DNA of 64,000 bases from the IMG/VR virus record IMGVR_UViG_3300009514_000374, positions 64,001 to 128,000 of that record; one strand, 5' to 3'. Both the position numbers and the translations under genes were made by a program. Below the pieces are notes generated by a model. That model did no database searches, was not told where the DNA came from, and worked only from the letters and a program-made list of their open reading frames with translations. Positions within the stretch are counted from its first letter, which is position 1. Every line of letters begins with the position of its first letter. Below are positions 55,994-64,000 of this stretch, in pieces. The DNA is from a virus.

Positions 55994-56192
55994 TCCAATT
56001 CGCGTCGCCCGCAGGTTCCTGGCTTCCCCGAAACCCTACGGCGTTGAGCCCTTGCGGACCCGCTACGACTACGGCGATAGGCTCAAGCCAGTGGGCGAGA
56101 ATTCCACCGGGCACTCCAAAGTGCCTGGCGACGAGGACGAGGACGGCGAGGACGGCGAGGACGAGGACGAGGACGAGAAATGGTCCCGTTAG
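55971..56192 (+). CDS. small tag-B peptide, possibly a remnant
   Basis: DPIRVARRFLAS, acidic tail. Confidence 0.45.
   Translation: MRSNSRPDPIRVARRFLASPKPYGVEPLRTRYDYGDRLKPVGENSTGHSKVPGDEDEDGEDGEDEDEDEKWSR
55975..56006. repeat. 15-bp direct repeat GATCCAATTCGCGTC
   Basis: Copies at 55975-55989 and 55992-56006. Confidence 0.9.
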
Positions 56193-56211
56193 CGCACCGA
56201 GCGCGTGACGG

Positions 56212-56239
56212 TACTCAGCCGATAGTCCTTCACTGGTAG
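56212..56239 (+). promoter_or_regulatory. late-type promoter motif upstream of the fibre operon
   Basis: TAC TCAGC CGAT AGTCCTTCACTGG TAG. Confidence 0.55.
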
Positions 56240-56254
56240 GGAACGGGCGCCCGT

Positions 56255-58060
56255 GTGCCCAACCGGCCAGTGAGCAACATCGTAGCCGTCTTGATCGTTC
56301 GGTGTACCCACACCGGCTTCTACAAGGACGGACGCCCAAATCCGGCGTCAGTGACCTTGTATGACCTGGACGAGATCACGATCCAAAAGAACCGCACCCG
56401 AGCGGTCCCGGTCACGGTCGGGGGATTCGTGGACATTCCGATGTCCACGCGCACCTTCATCTCGTACCACGAGGGTGCGATCTGCAAACACGTCAAAAAT
56501 GGCGAAATTACGGCAGAGATCATCCTCCAGCTTCGGGACAAGGGCCATTGCGGTGGCCCGGCCGGGACGGGCCAGGCGCTTCGCCCGGCCGTCCTGAACA
56601 TCGAACGGGTGGCGAACGAGCTTCGGCTCGTGATCCCCAACAATGTGCCTCCGACCATTCTCGATTCGGTTGGCTTTTTGGTCGGGGAGCCTTTGACCAT
56701 CTCCGGGCTCACCGGGGCATTTCGATCTCTCAACGGTGAGTACCAAATCACCGAAGCGGATCCGGGAACGGGGTTGGCCGGTGCCGACGCCGGTTCGTAC
56801 CTCGTTGTCGTTCCTTCTGAGGGGCCGGACATCGCGGCGGCGACTCTCACAGGAGTCAACCTGTGTCTCACTGAGGGGCGGGTCACCTCTCAATTCGGAT
56901 CTGGTGGAGATGTCGGCGGCCTTGGGGATAACGTATTCGGATACGTCGGCGGGATGTTGCTTCCGCACGCTGCTGGAGGGGGTGGCGGAGCACTCACGAT
57001 TCTCGATGAAGGTATCCTGATTGACCCGGCCACCACGTCGATCAATTTCGTAGGTGCGGGCGTCGCAGCCACGGGCGGCGCCGGAGCGGTCACGGTCACG
57101 GTGGGCGGAGGCGGAGGCGGGGCTCCGGTTGGGGCGACCTATGTTACCTTGTCGCTCGATCCGACGCTCACGGCTGAGCGGGTCCTGACAGCGGGTACGG
57201 GCATCGCCCTTGTGGATGGCGGGGCGAATGGTCCCGTGACGCTCTCGGTGGATGCGACGTGGGCCGAGATCCTGCTGAACGGGGCTACGTCAGGCGGAAC
57301 GAGTCCTGTCATTTCGACGGGCGACTCGCTGCTCGGACAGACAGACCTGATCCTGTCCCCCGGTGGCGGTGCTGGCGACAACGTGATCATCGACGGCCTC
57401 ACCTGGCCTTCTGCTGATGGCGCGTCAGGGGAAGCTCTGCTTACGAATGGTGCGGGCATCCTGAGCTTTGGGGCTCCGGCTCCGGCCCTTCACGCAAGCA
57501 CACACGTCCATTTGGGGACGGACGAGATCGATGGCGACATTCTCGACATCGACTACGTTCCGACGAACTACACGCGCGACACGACGCCGCCGCAGGTTAC
57601 GAGTGTTGAGGAATTGACCGCCCACCTGGCGGGCATCGACAACGCTCTGGCGACGGCAGGAAACGCGGATACTGCGGTTCTCTCGTGGGGGAATAGCAGC
57701 GTAGGGAACAGCACGGCGGCTCGGATTCTTGATCCTGGCTACGACAATCGCGTGGCCCCTCTCGCCTCGTCAACGGCGTTTGTGGAGCTTCGGGCACCGC
57801 GAGCGGGCACGTTGAGAAATCTGTATGTCTACCACAATGCCCCCGGAGGTACGGGAGCCACCCTCACGTACACGGTTTACGTCAACGGTGTGGCAACGGC
57901 CATCACAGTAGGGGTTGCAAGCACGGCTGCCAGCGGAGCGGACACGACTAACTCAGTGGTGGTCGCTGCGGGGGATCGAATCCGAATTCAAGTGACCAAG
58001 GCTGCCGTGGCTGGAGGTGGGTCGCGTAGGCCCGAGGTCACATTGGAGGTCGCTGCATGA
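56255..58060 (+). CDS. virion fibre/appendage protein
   Basis: Gly-rich linkers; WPSADG..G..L.TNG.G.LSF and HASTH...GTDEI fibre motifs. Confidence 0.75.
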   Translation: MPNRPVSNIVAVLIVRCTHTGFYKDGRPNPASVTLYDLDEITIQKNRTRAVPVTVGGFVDIPMSTRTFISYHEGAICKHVKNGEITAEIILQLRDKGHCGGPAGTGQALRPAVLNIERVANELRLVIPNNVPPTILDSVGFLVGEPLTISGLTGAFRSLNGEYQITEADPGTGLAGADAGSYLVVVPSEGPDIAAATLTGVNLCLTEGRVTSQFGSGGDVGGLGDNVFGYVGGMLLPHAAGGGGGALTILDEGILIDPATTSINFVGAGVAATGGAGAVTVTVGGGGGGAPVGATYVTLSLDPTLTAERVLTAGTGIALVDGGANGPVTLSVDATWAEILLNGATSGGTSPVISTGDSLLGQTDLILSPGGGAGDNVIIDGLTWPSADGASGEALLTNGAGILSFGAPAPALHASTHVHLGTDEIDGDILDIDYVPTNYTRDTTPPQVTSVEELTAHLAGIDNALATAGNADTAVLSWGNSSVGNSTAARILDPGYDNRVAPLASSTAFVELRAPRAGTLRNLYVYHNAPGGTGATLTYTVYVNGVATAITVGVASTAASGADTTNSVVVAAGDRIRIQVTKAAVAGGGSRRPEVTLEVAA

Positions 58061-59028
58061 GCACACGTCGTTATCGCTTGCTCGGTGTTGATCCCGACGA
58101 TTTGAACGATTTGGTCGAGGCCGCTTCTGGGTCTTCGCTCAATCTGCTGGCGAAGGCGCTGTGGGCAGAGGTCACCGTTGCGGACGGTACGCGCGACATT
58201 GACCTCGATGACTACATGGCGACGTTGGGCTACACGCCCGACACTACCGGCCCAACGATCGTGATCACGAGCGGGCCGCACTCTGTAGGCACTGAGTCTA
58301 CGGTGCTGGTCGATGCGACGGCGGGACCCATCACAGTTGACATCCCTTTGCTGAGCGCGCGCTACGGCAACGATGTCACGGTGATGAAGATCGATTCATC
58401 CTCCAACGCGGTCACTGTTTCGCGTTCAGGGGCCGACACCATCCAGGGGGTGACGACTCAGACGCTTCTCCAAGGCGGAGAAGCCCTGCTCCTGGTCGCC
58501 AACGAAACCAATACTGACTGGAACATCGCAGCGAGCACGCGAGCGCTCGACAGCTACTACGACAACACGGGCACGACGATCACGGCTACGAATGTCCAAG
58601 ATGCTCTAAGCGACATCCTGGTAGGCGACGCTACATCGTGTCTCTTGTTCACGGCAGGTGAGAACCTGACAGCCGGGGATCTAGTTGTCCTGAATACCAG
58701 CGGGGAGGTGGTTCGCGCCGATTCTTCTATAGCCGGGGGCAATTGGAGAGTTATGGGTGTCGCTAAGGCTACGGTGCTTTCAGGAGCACAGGTTGCGGTT
58801 TCGACCAAAGCCGGGGCGATGCCGAATGTGCGCTTTGGTACGCCTCCTGGCGCAGCCAGCAACGGATCGCTGGTTTTCCTTTCCACAACCTCGGGCGTGG
58901 CGACGACAACGCCTCCCGTTACGAGTGGCAACACAATTTACCGGATCGGCTTTTTGCAGGGAGCCGATGGAGCGACGACGACACCCGCCGTCTTGTTCTT
59001 TCCGCAGTTCACTGCACAGCGCCCTTAA
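58057..59028 (+). CDS. virion fibre protein with a C-terminal capsid-cement-like domain
   Basis: LVDATAGPITV.IP, ATNVQDAL, AGENLTAGDLV. Confidence 0.7.
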   Translation: MSTRRYRLLGVDPDDLNDLVEAASGSSLNLLAKALWAEVTVADGTRDIDLDDYMATLGYTPDTTGPTIVITSGPHSVGTESTVLVDATAGPITVDIPLLSARYGNDVTVMKIDSSSNAVTVSRSGADTIQGVTTQTLLQGGEALLLVANETNTDWNIAASTRALDSYYDNTGTTITATNVQDALSDILVGDATSCLLFTAGENLTAGDLVVLNTSGEVVRADSSIAGGNWRVMGVAKATVLSGAQVAVSTKAGAMPNVRFGTPPGAASNGSLVFLSTTSGVATTTPPVTSGNTIYRIGFLQGADGATTTPAVLFFPQFTAQRP

Positions 59029-59040
59029 AGGAGCACCACC

Positions 59041-61752
59041 ATGGCTGGAACACAGACCGACAACCTTTTGCTGCTCGACCTCACGACGGGTCTGTCTCGG
59101 ACTCCTGAAACCGGAGGCACCCCGGACGACATCGCTACCAGTGTGGATTGGGCCTGGACCTCGGGGGCGAATGTCGTCATCGACGGCAACCTCACAGTCA
59201 ACGGAACGACGACCACTGTTCACTCTGAACAGATCAACGTCCGTGACAACCACCTGTACCTGAACGCGGACTACACCACCGTCGTTGCTCAGACGGGTGG
59301 GCTCGTGATCAACGTCCTGCCGACTGCCACCGTGGACACCGTGGCGGGGGCGTTCGTGGCGGGTATCCCTGCGGGAGCCAACCCTACGGTGATTACGGGC
59401 ACGGGCGGCATCTTTGCGGCTGGCGATGTTATCCAGATCGCGGGGTCGAACAATCAGGATAACGATGGGATCTTTGAGGTTCTGAGTCACGTCGGCACGA
59501 CTCTGACGATCAAGGGTGTCGGTACGACGGGTGCGACGGTTCCGTGGGTTGTCAACCAGTTTACGGCAGATACGGTAGCTGGCGGCGACATTCGCGTCGT
59601 GAACGTGAATGTCTTGGAGGGCGATTCCACCGGAACGTGGAGCACGGCGACCGTCACGAACACGACCGGCATCACCTACGTCGATCTCACCACGCAAGGG
59701 TTGGTCGATCTCCAAGAAGCCTACGAGCAGGGGAACACCATTACCACGTCGGCTGGAGAAGGCAACGTCACCATCGGTGGCACGGAGCTTCTCAACATCA
59801 CTGCGACGGGCGGTCTGGACCTCGACACCATCCTCGATTTCGACGGAACGGGTTTCGATGTTCAGATGACGGGAAGCAACGGCTTCTCCCTCGACGGCAC
59901 GGCGGCATCAAATGTCAGCGTCACGGCGGGCAACCTGGACCTCACGACCATCACATCGGGAGATGTGAATGTTTCGTCGGCGGGCGAACTTGACCTCGAC
60001 GCCGTAACCACGATGGTCCTGAACACGGCTGATGCGGCCGACGCGTCGGGAAATGACATCACGGTTACGGCCGCTAGCTCTACGGCTGGCACGGCAGACG
60101 GAGCCTCAATCATCCTGACGCCCGGCGACGGGTTCACTACGGGTGTTGCTGGATTCGTGAACATCACGTCGCCTGCTGACGAGGATGAAATCCTGCTCCA
60201 GCTTGAGTCCACAGGGTCCGGGGCGAACGCGGTCGGACTGTTCACGGGTACGAGCGTTCCTAGTGGCTCTGTCACGGCGGACGCCGGTTCGTTGTTCATG
60301 CGGGACACCGGCACGGGCGGTGAGGTTTACGTCAACACGTCCACAGGTTCGGGTACCTCTTGGACGTTGCTTACGGCTGGAGGCGGAAACAGTCTCCAGG
60401 CAGCCTACGCGGCCGGGAACACCATCGTCACAAACGCGGGCGACGGCGACCTCGATGTTTCCGGTACGGAAGCGATCAGCTTGGATGCGAGTGCAGCCTC
60501 CAATTTCACGGTTGCGGGTGCGAACCTCGATTTGGGTACGACCACATCGGGAGATGTGAATGTCTCGGCTGCGGGCGAGCTTGATCTCGACGCCGTAACC
60601 ACGATGGTCCTGAATACGGCCAATGCGGCTGATGCGTCGGCCAACGACATCACGATCACCGCTGCTAGCTCTACGGCTGGCACGGCAGATGGTGCGTCGA
60701 TCATCTTGACGCCCGGTGACGGGTTCACGACCGGAGTCGCGGGCTCCGTAGACATCCTCGGCCCGAATGACGAGGACGAGGCTCTTGTCACCCTGACAAC
60801 CACGGGCACGAACGGCGATTCGGTGGGCTTGTTCGTCGGCGACAGCGACCCGAGCGGGTCGATCACGGCTCTGGCAGGTTCGCTGTTTTTCCGTGATACG
60901 GGTTCGGGAGCGGAGCTTTACCTCAACCAATCCTCGGGTTCGGGCACCACTTGGACGGCCCTTTCCACGGGTGGGGCAGTCACTCTCCAGAACGCTTATG
61001 TCAACGGCAACACGATTACCACATCGGCGGGTGAAGGCGATGTGACGCTCACTGGCACTGAGGATTTCGTTGTGACCCTCAGCGATATGCTGGTGGATAC
61101 GACGGCGAGTATCAGCCTGGATGCGGACGCTGCGTCGAATTTCACGGTTGCCGGGGCGAACCTGACCCTGGAGACGACGACCTCTGGCACGGTAGACATC
61201 AACTCGGCGGCGGACATCGACATCACCTTCGCGGCAGCCAACTCGGCAGCGATGGTCGTTGACGATGGCAGCAACACGTACATGACCTTCGACTCAACGG
61301 TGGCTGAGCCCGCAGTTGAGGTTAGCCAGTTTCTCGACATCGTGGGTTCGGGAGCAGGTGTCACGCTCACAGCGGGAGAGGCCATTGTGGCGGGAGATGT
61401 GCTCACCATCGAGGCGACCTCGGGTGATGCGATCTTGGCCGATTCCAACACCGGCACGACGCTGGATGGCCTCGCCATCGGTGTTGCGGCGTTTGCGGCT
61501 GCGGACACGGCTCCCGTGAAGGTCTACACGGTGGCGGGCAACCTGATCCCCGTCAGCTTCTCGGCGGCCCCGGCTGCCGCAAGCAACGGCAGCCCGGTGT
61601 TCGTCAGCGCGACCCCTGGTCGCGCCACGCTGACGGCCCCCACGGGCTCCGGCAACGTCGTCTATCTCTTGGGTATTCTCCAAGGGGCGGACGGCGCGGA
61701 CACGTCCCCACTGGTCTTGTTCCAGCCGCAATTCATCGCGGTGCGCCCGTAG
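59041..61752 (+). CDS. long fibre protein with an internal 197-aa duplication and a C-terminal cement-like domain
   Basis: GNLTVNGTTTTV, LQxAY..GNTI three times, AGEAIVAGDVL. Confidence 0.78.
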   Translation: MAGTQTDNLLLLDLTTGLSRTPETGGTPDDIATSVDWAWTSGANVVIDGNLTVNGTTTTVHSEQINVRDNHLYLNADYTTVVAQTGGLVINVLPTATVDTVAGAFVAGIPAGANPTVITGTGGIFAAGDVIQIAGSNNQDNDGIFEVLSHVGTTLTIKGVGTTGATVPWVVNQFTADTVAGGDIRVVNVNVLEGDSTGTWSTATVTNTTGITYVDLTTQGLVDLQEAYEQGNTITTSAGEGNVTIGGTELLNITATGGLDLDTILDFDGTGFDVQMTGSNGFSLDGTAASNVSVTAGNLDLTTITSGDVNVSSAGELDLDAVTTMVLNTADAADASGNDITVTAASSTAGTADGASIILTPGDGFTTGVAGFVNITSPADEDEILLQLESTGSGANAVGLFTGTSVPSGSVTADAGSLFMRDTGTGGEVYVNTSTGSGTSWTLLTAGGGNSLQAAYAAGNTIVTNAGDGDLDVSGTEAISLDASAASNFTVAGANLDLGTTTSGDVNVSAAGELDLDAVTTMVLNTANAADASANDITITAASSTAGTADGASIILTPGDGFTTGVAGSVDILGPNDEDEALVTLTTTGTNGDSVGLFVGDSDPSGSITALAGSLFFRDTGSGAELYLNQSSGSGTTWTALSTGGAVTLQNAYVNGNTITTSAGEGDVTLTGTEDFVVTLSDMLVDTTASISLDADAASNFTVAGANLTLETTTSGTVDINSAADIDITFAAANSAAMVVDDGSNTYMTFDSTVAEPAVEVSQFLDIVGSGAGVTLTAGEAIVAGDVLTIEATSGDAILADSNTGTTLDGLAIGVAAFAAADTAPVKVYTVAGNLIPVSFSAAPAAASNGSPVFVSATPGRATLTAPTGSGNVVYLLGILQGADGADTSPLVLFQPQFIAVRP
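59902..61030 (+). repeat. tandem intragenic repeat, 591-nt period
   Basis: TCGGGAGATGTGAATGT at 59956 and 60547; near-identical peptide SGDVNVS.AGELDLDAVTTMVLNTA. Confidence 0.85.
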
Positions 61753-61761
61753 GAGTAACGC

Positions 61762-61974
61762 ATGAAGGTCACACTCACGGTGGAATTTGAGGTCGAGCCC
61801 GATCACGACCTCAACGGGAAAGAGGAAGCCAACGTCAACGGAATGTTGCGACGGGTGGCTCGGAACCGTTTGGCGGCGCTTGTTGGGCGCCGGCTTGGGG
61901 GCGAGGTTCAATCTGTGGGGTGGGAGGTCACTGTCGCAGACCTCGATGTGACAGGTACCAGCAAGGTCAACTGA
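61762..61974 (+). CDS. small hypothetical protein
   Basis: AGGAG RBS. Confidence 0.6.
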   Translation: MKVTLTVEFEVEPDHDLNGKEEANVNGMLRRVARNRLAALVGRRLGGEVQSVGWEVTVADLDVTGTSKVN

Positions 61975-61981
61975 GTAAGCC

Positions 61982-62785
61982 GTGGCTAACCAAATCGACA
62001 ATCTGACGCTCAACGATGACACGACGGGGTTTAACCGCTCCGTCAACGTGGCGTCGGATGATCTGTTTTTGTCGGTTGACCTCACGCTCCAGAGCGGGGG
62101 TGTGCTCACTGCCGACAATATCAAGCGAGGTACGGCAAACCCGAACGTCGCTTTGGTAGCGGGGAACGAAGGGGATGTCTACCAACGGACCCTTGCTGGT
62201 ACAGGTGAATTTTACGTCAATCTCGATGGAACCACTACCGGCTGGAGCCGGGTGGTTGCGGTCACTGGTACGGGTGTTCAAGGGGACATTCTCTATCACA
62301 ACGGCACGGACTGGACCCGGTTGCCTGCGGGGACCTCGGGGGAGTTTCTCCAAACTCTTGGTGGCGGGGCTGACCCCCAATGGATCGGGCTTGGGGCCTC
62401 TAGTGGTGGAGCCTCTACCACTTTCAAAACGACGAGCCCGGTTAGCACGACCTCGGGTACTTATGTAGATGCGCTTGGGGGCAGCAGCATCTCACCCCCG
62501 TTCGATGGAGACTACCTCGTCATTTTTGAAGGGGACATCAAAGGATCAACCGGAAACACGGTCAACCAGATCGCCATCGGTTTGAACAGCACCACGGCTG
62601 CGGCTGCTGGTACGACAGGCCGAACCATGCAAGGTAACGGAGGGGCGGACATCGCTACAGCGATCCACGTCAAGCTAACTGGCCTCACGACGGGCGACAC
62701 CCTTCACGGCATCTTTCGGAAGCTCTCCGGGCCAGGCACTACCACGATGGGTGACCGTCGCATCACGATGTTCAAGGTGACGTAA
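61982..62785 (+). CDS. virion fibre protein
   Basis: GDILYHNGTDWTRLPAGTSGEFLQT.G....P.W fibre repeat. Confidence 0.72.
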   Translation: MANQIDNLTLNDDTTGFNRSVNVASDDLFLSVDLTLQSGGVLTADNIKRGTANPNVALVAGNEGDVYQRTLAGTGEFYVNLDGTTTGWSRVVAVTGTGVQGDILYHNGTDWTRLPAGTSGEFLQTLGGGADPQWIGLGASSGGASTTFKTTSPVSTTSGTYVDALGGSSISPPFDGDYLVIFEGDIKGSTGNTVNQIAIGLNSTTAAAAGTTGRTMQGNGGADIATAIHVKLTGLTTGDTLHGIFRKLSGPGTTTMGDRRITMFKVT

Positions 62786-62786
62786 C

Positions 62787-64000
62787 ATGGCTACGACGTA
62801 CACCTATTCGATCTCAGGGGACACGCCCAACGGCCGTGTAGCGCCTGACTCCCTTGAGCAAGAGATCAACGATTCCAGTATCTCGTCGGGCGTGTTGGAG
62901 GTTATCAGCGCGGGGTCCGCAACGGCGGACACCCTCGACATCCGGTTCGACGTGGCTTTGTCGGTACCCGACAAAGGTGTTCTTGACGGGCTTGTTTCGA
63001 CCCATCTTGGCGGCTTCATTCCGCCAGAGGGGGAGACCGCTGGATTCGCTTTCGCGGCCATCGACAAAGACCTGACAACCCCACCGGGATCTCCGTCTAC
63101 GGGGGACACCTATCTCATTCCTTCGGGGGCGACTGGTGTTTGGGCGGGTCGAACGTCTCAAATTACGAAATGGGACGGTGCGGAGTGGACATATCGTTAC
63201 CCCATCTCAGGGGTGGCCGCGTGGCTCAACGACGAGAAGCGCCTGTACGTCTACGAGTCCGCGTCGAACCGTTGGGTAGCAGCAGCGGCGCAGTACAATA
63301 CGGCCGCGACAAATCCCACCGTCAACGACGACGACACGCTCGGGTACATGATCGGTGCCCGGTGGGTGAACACGGCGACGAACCAAGAGTACGCGCTCAT
63401 TGACAACACGACGGGTGCTGCCGTTTGGCGCAACCTGTCGCTGCCCACCTATAGCCGGATCGTCACGGTCGGGGCCGCAGGCGCGGATGTAGATTTCCAG
63501 TCCATCAAGACTGCCGTGGACTACGTGGTGGCACAGGGGGCCAGCAACGCGACACCGTGGATTGTTCGGGTAGCTCCGGGCTCCTACACGGAGACCAATC
63601 CGATTGCAGTTCCGGCCGGTGTCACGGTGATGTCCTTCTCGGCCGTCCGCGTGGCGACCGTGAAGGTAACTCCGGTTACGGCGACGGACCACCTTTTCAC
63701 GATGACGGGAGGGGCTCTCGTCGGGCTCGATATGTCCGGCGTCACGGACGCGGCCCGAGCTTTGGTGAATATGGCGACGCCGGGGCAAGCCTCGGTCCTC
63801 CGTTACTGTGCGGTGTCAGGGTGTTCGACAGGCTTGCTCATTTCGGGAGGTGCCGCATGTGTCACGACCGGATTCACGGCCGTCGTGGCGTCCCCAGGCG
63901 TTGCCATCACGGTCGCGGCAATCAAGGTCACGGGTTCAGGGTCTCTCTTGCTTGCGGAGGCGACCTCGATGCAGGTCCCGGCGGCGATCCTTCCGGCCTA
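62787..64000 (+). CDS. 3'-truncated fibre/spike protein with DUF2793-like and pectin-lyase-like domains
   Basis: Read directly, not in the ORF track: MATTYTYS..DLTTPPGSPSTGDTYLIPSGATGVWAG..WDGAEW; FQSIKTAVD..VAPGSYTE. Confidence 0.72.
   Translation, partial: MATTYTYSISGDTPNGRVAPDSLEQEINDSSISSGVLEVISAGSATADTLDIRFDVALSVPDKGVLDGLVSTHLGGFIPPEGETAGFAFAAIDKDLTTPPGSPSTGDTYLIPSGATGVWAGRTSQITKWDGAEWTYRYPISGVAAWLNDEKRLYVYESASNRWVAAAAQYNTAATNPTVNDDDTLGYMIGARWVNTATNQEYALIDNTTGAAVWRNLSLPTYSRIVTVGAAGADVDFQSIKTAVDYVVAQGASNATPWIVRVAPGSYTETNPIAVPAGVTVMSFSAVRVATVKVTPVTATDHLFTMTGGALVGLDMSGVTDAARALVNMATPGQASVLRYCAVSGCSTGLLISGGAACVTTGFTAVVASPGVAITVAAIKVTGSGSLLLAEATSMQVPAAILPA

Noticed and set aside
59902-61030. 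Diversity-generating retroelement template/variable repeat pair
   Set aside because: Both copies are in frame within one gene, differences are not adenine-restricted, and no reverse transcriptase is present in the window.
1-64000. Stop-codon reassignment, tRNA genes or rRNA genes
   Set aside because: Genes are intact and tightly packed in the standard code with all three stops used. No cloverleaf or rRNA-like sequence was recognised by eye; tRNAscan-SE would be decisive.

Overview
This window is a GC-rich segment of a large tailed dsDNA phage (Caudoviricetes). Almost all real genes are on the + strand. The order is: (i) recombination, replication and transcription genes (Fe-S PD-(D/E)XK nuclease, beta clamp, C-terminal half of an SbcC/gp46 ATPase, Toprim primase, DnaX, NusG, tandem sigma-region-4 protein); (ii) a head module (terminase, portal, prohead protease, acidic scaffold, decoration protein, HK97-type major capsid protein) interleaved with many unusual proteins; (iii) an accessory region (HTH-LAGLIDADG-DNA methyltransferase fusion, GNAT, restriction-type nuclease, candidate endolysin, RNase HII, histidine phosphatase, acireductone dioxygenase, peptidases); (iv) a cluster of head/tail fibre genes. 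The most notable signal is two short peptide tags, 'LRxxLIRLAHxxPELRxxLxPL' (5 copies) and '(P)SxxR[VI]AxR[FWYH]' (about 12 copies). They are attached to otherwise unrelated proteins and sit at domain junctions, usually next to [KR]-x-A sites that also pepper the scaffold. I infer a modular capsid-cargo loading and polyprotein-processing system that would package enzymes into the virion: topoisomerase IB, a GNAT / 2H-phosphoesterase / intein-split CCA-adding enzyme polyprotein, and possibly a Dps-like ferritin. Two distinct promoter-like motifs are also visible: a late-type TAN-N5-CTAT-N12/13-TAG motif and a leaderless GTA[AG]NNT-N4-6-ATG motif. All assignments come from reading motifs by eye; no database search was run.
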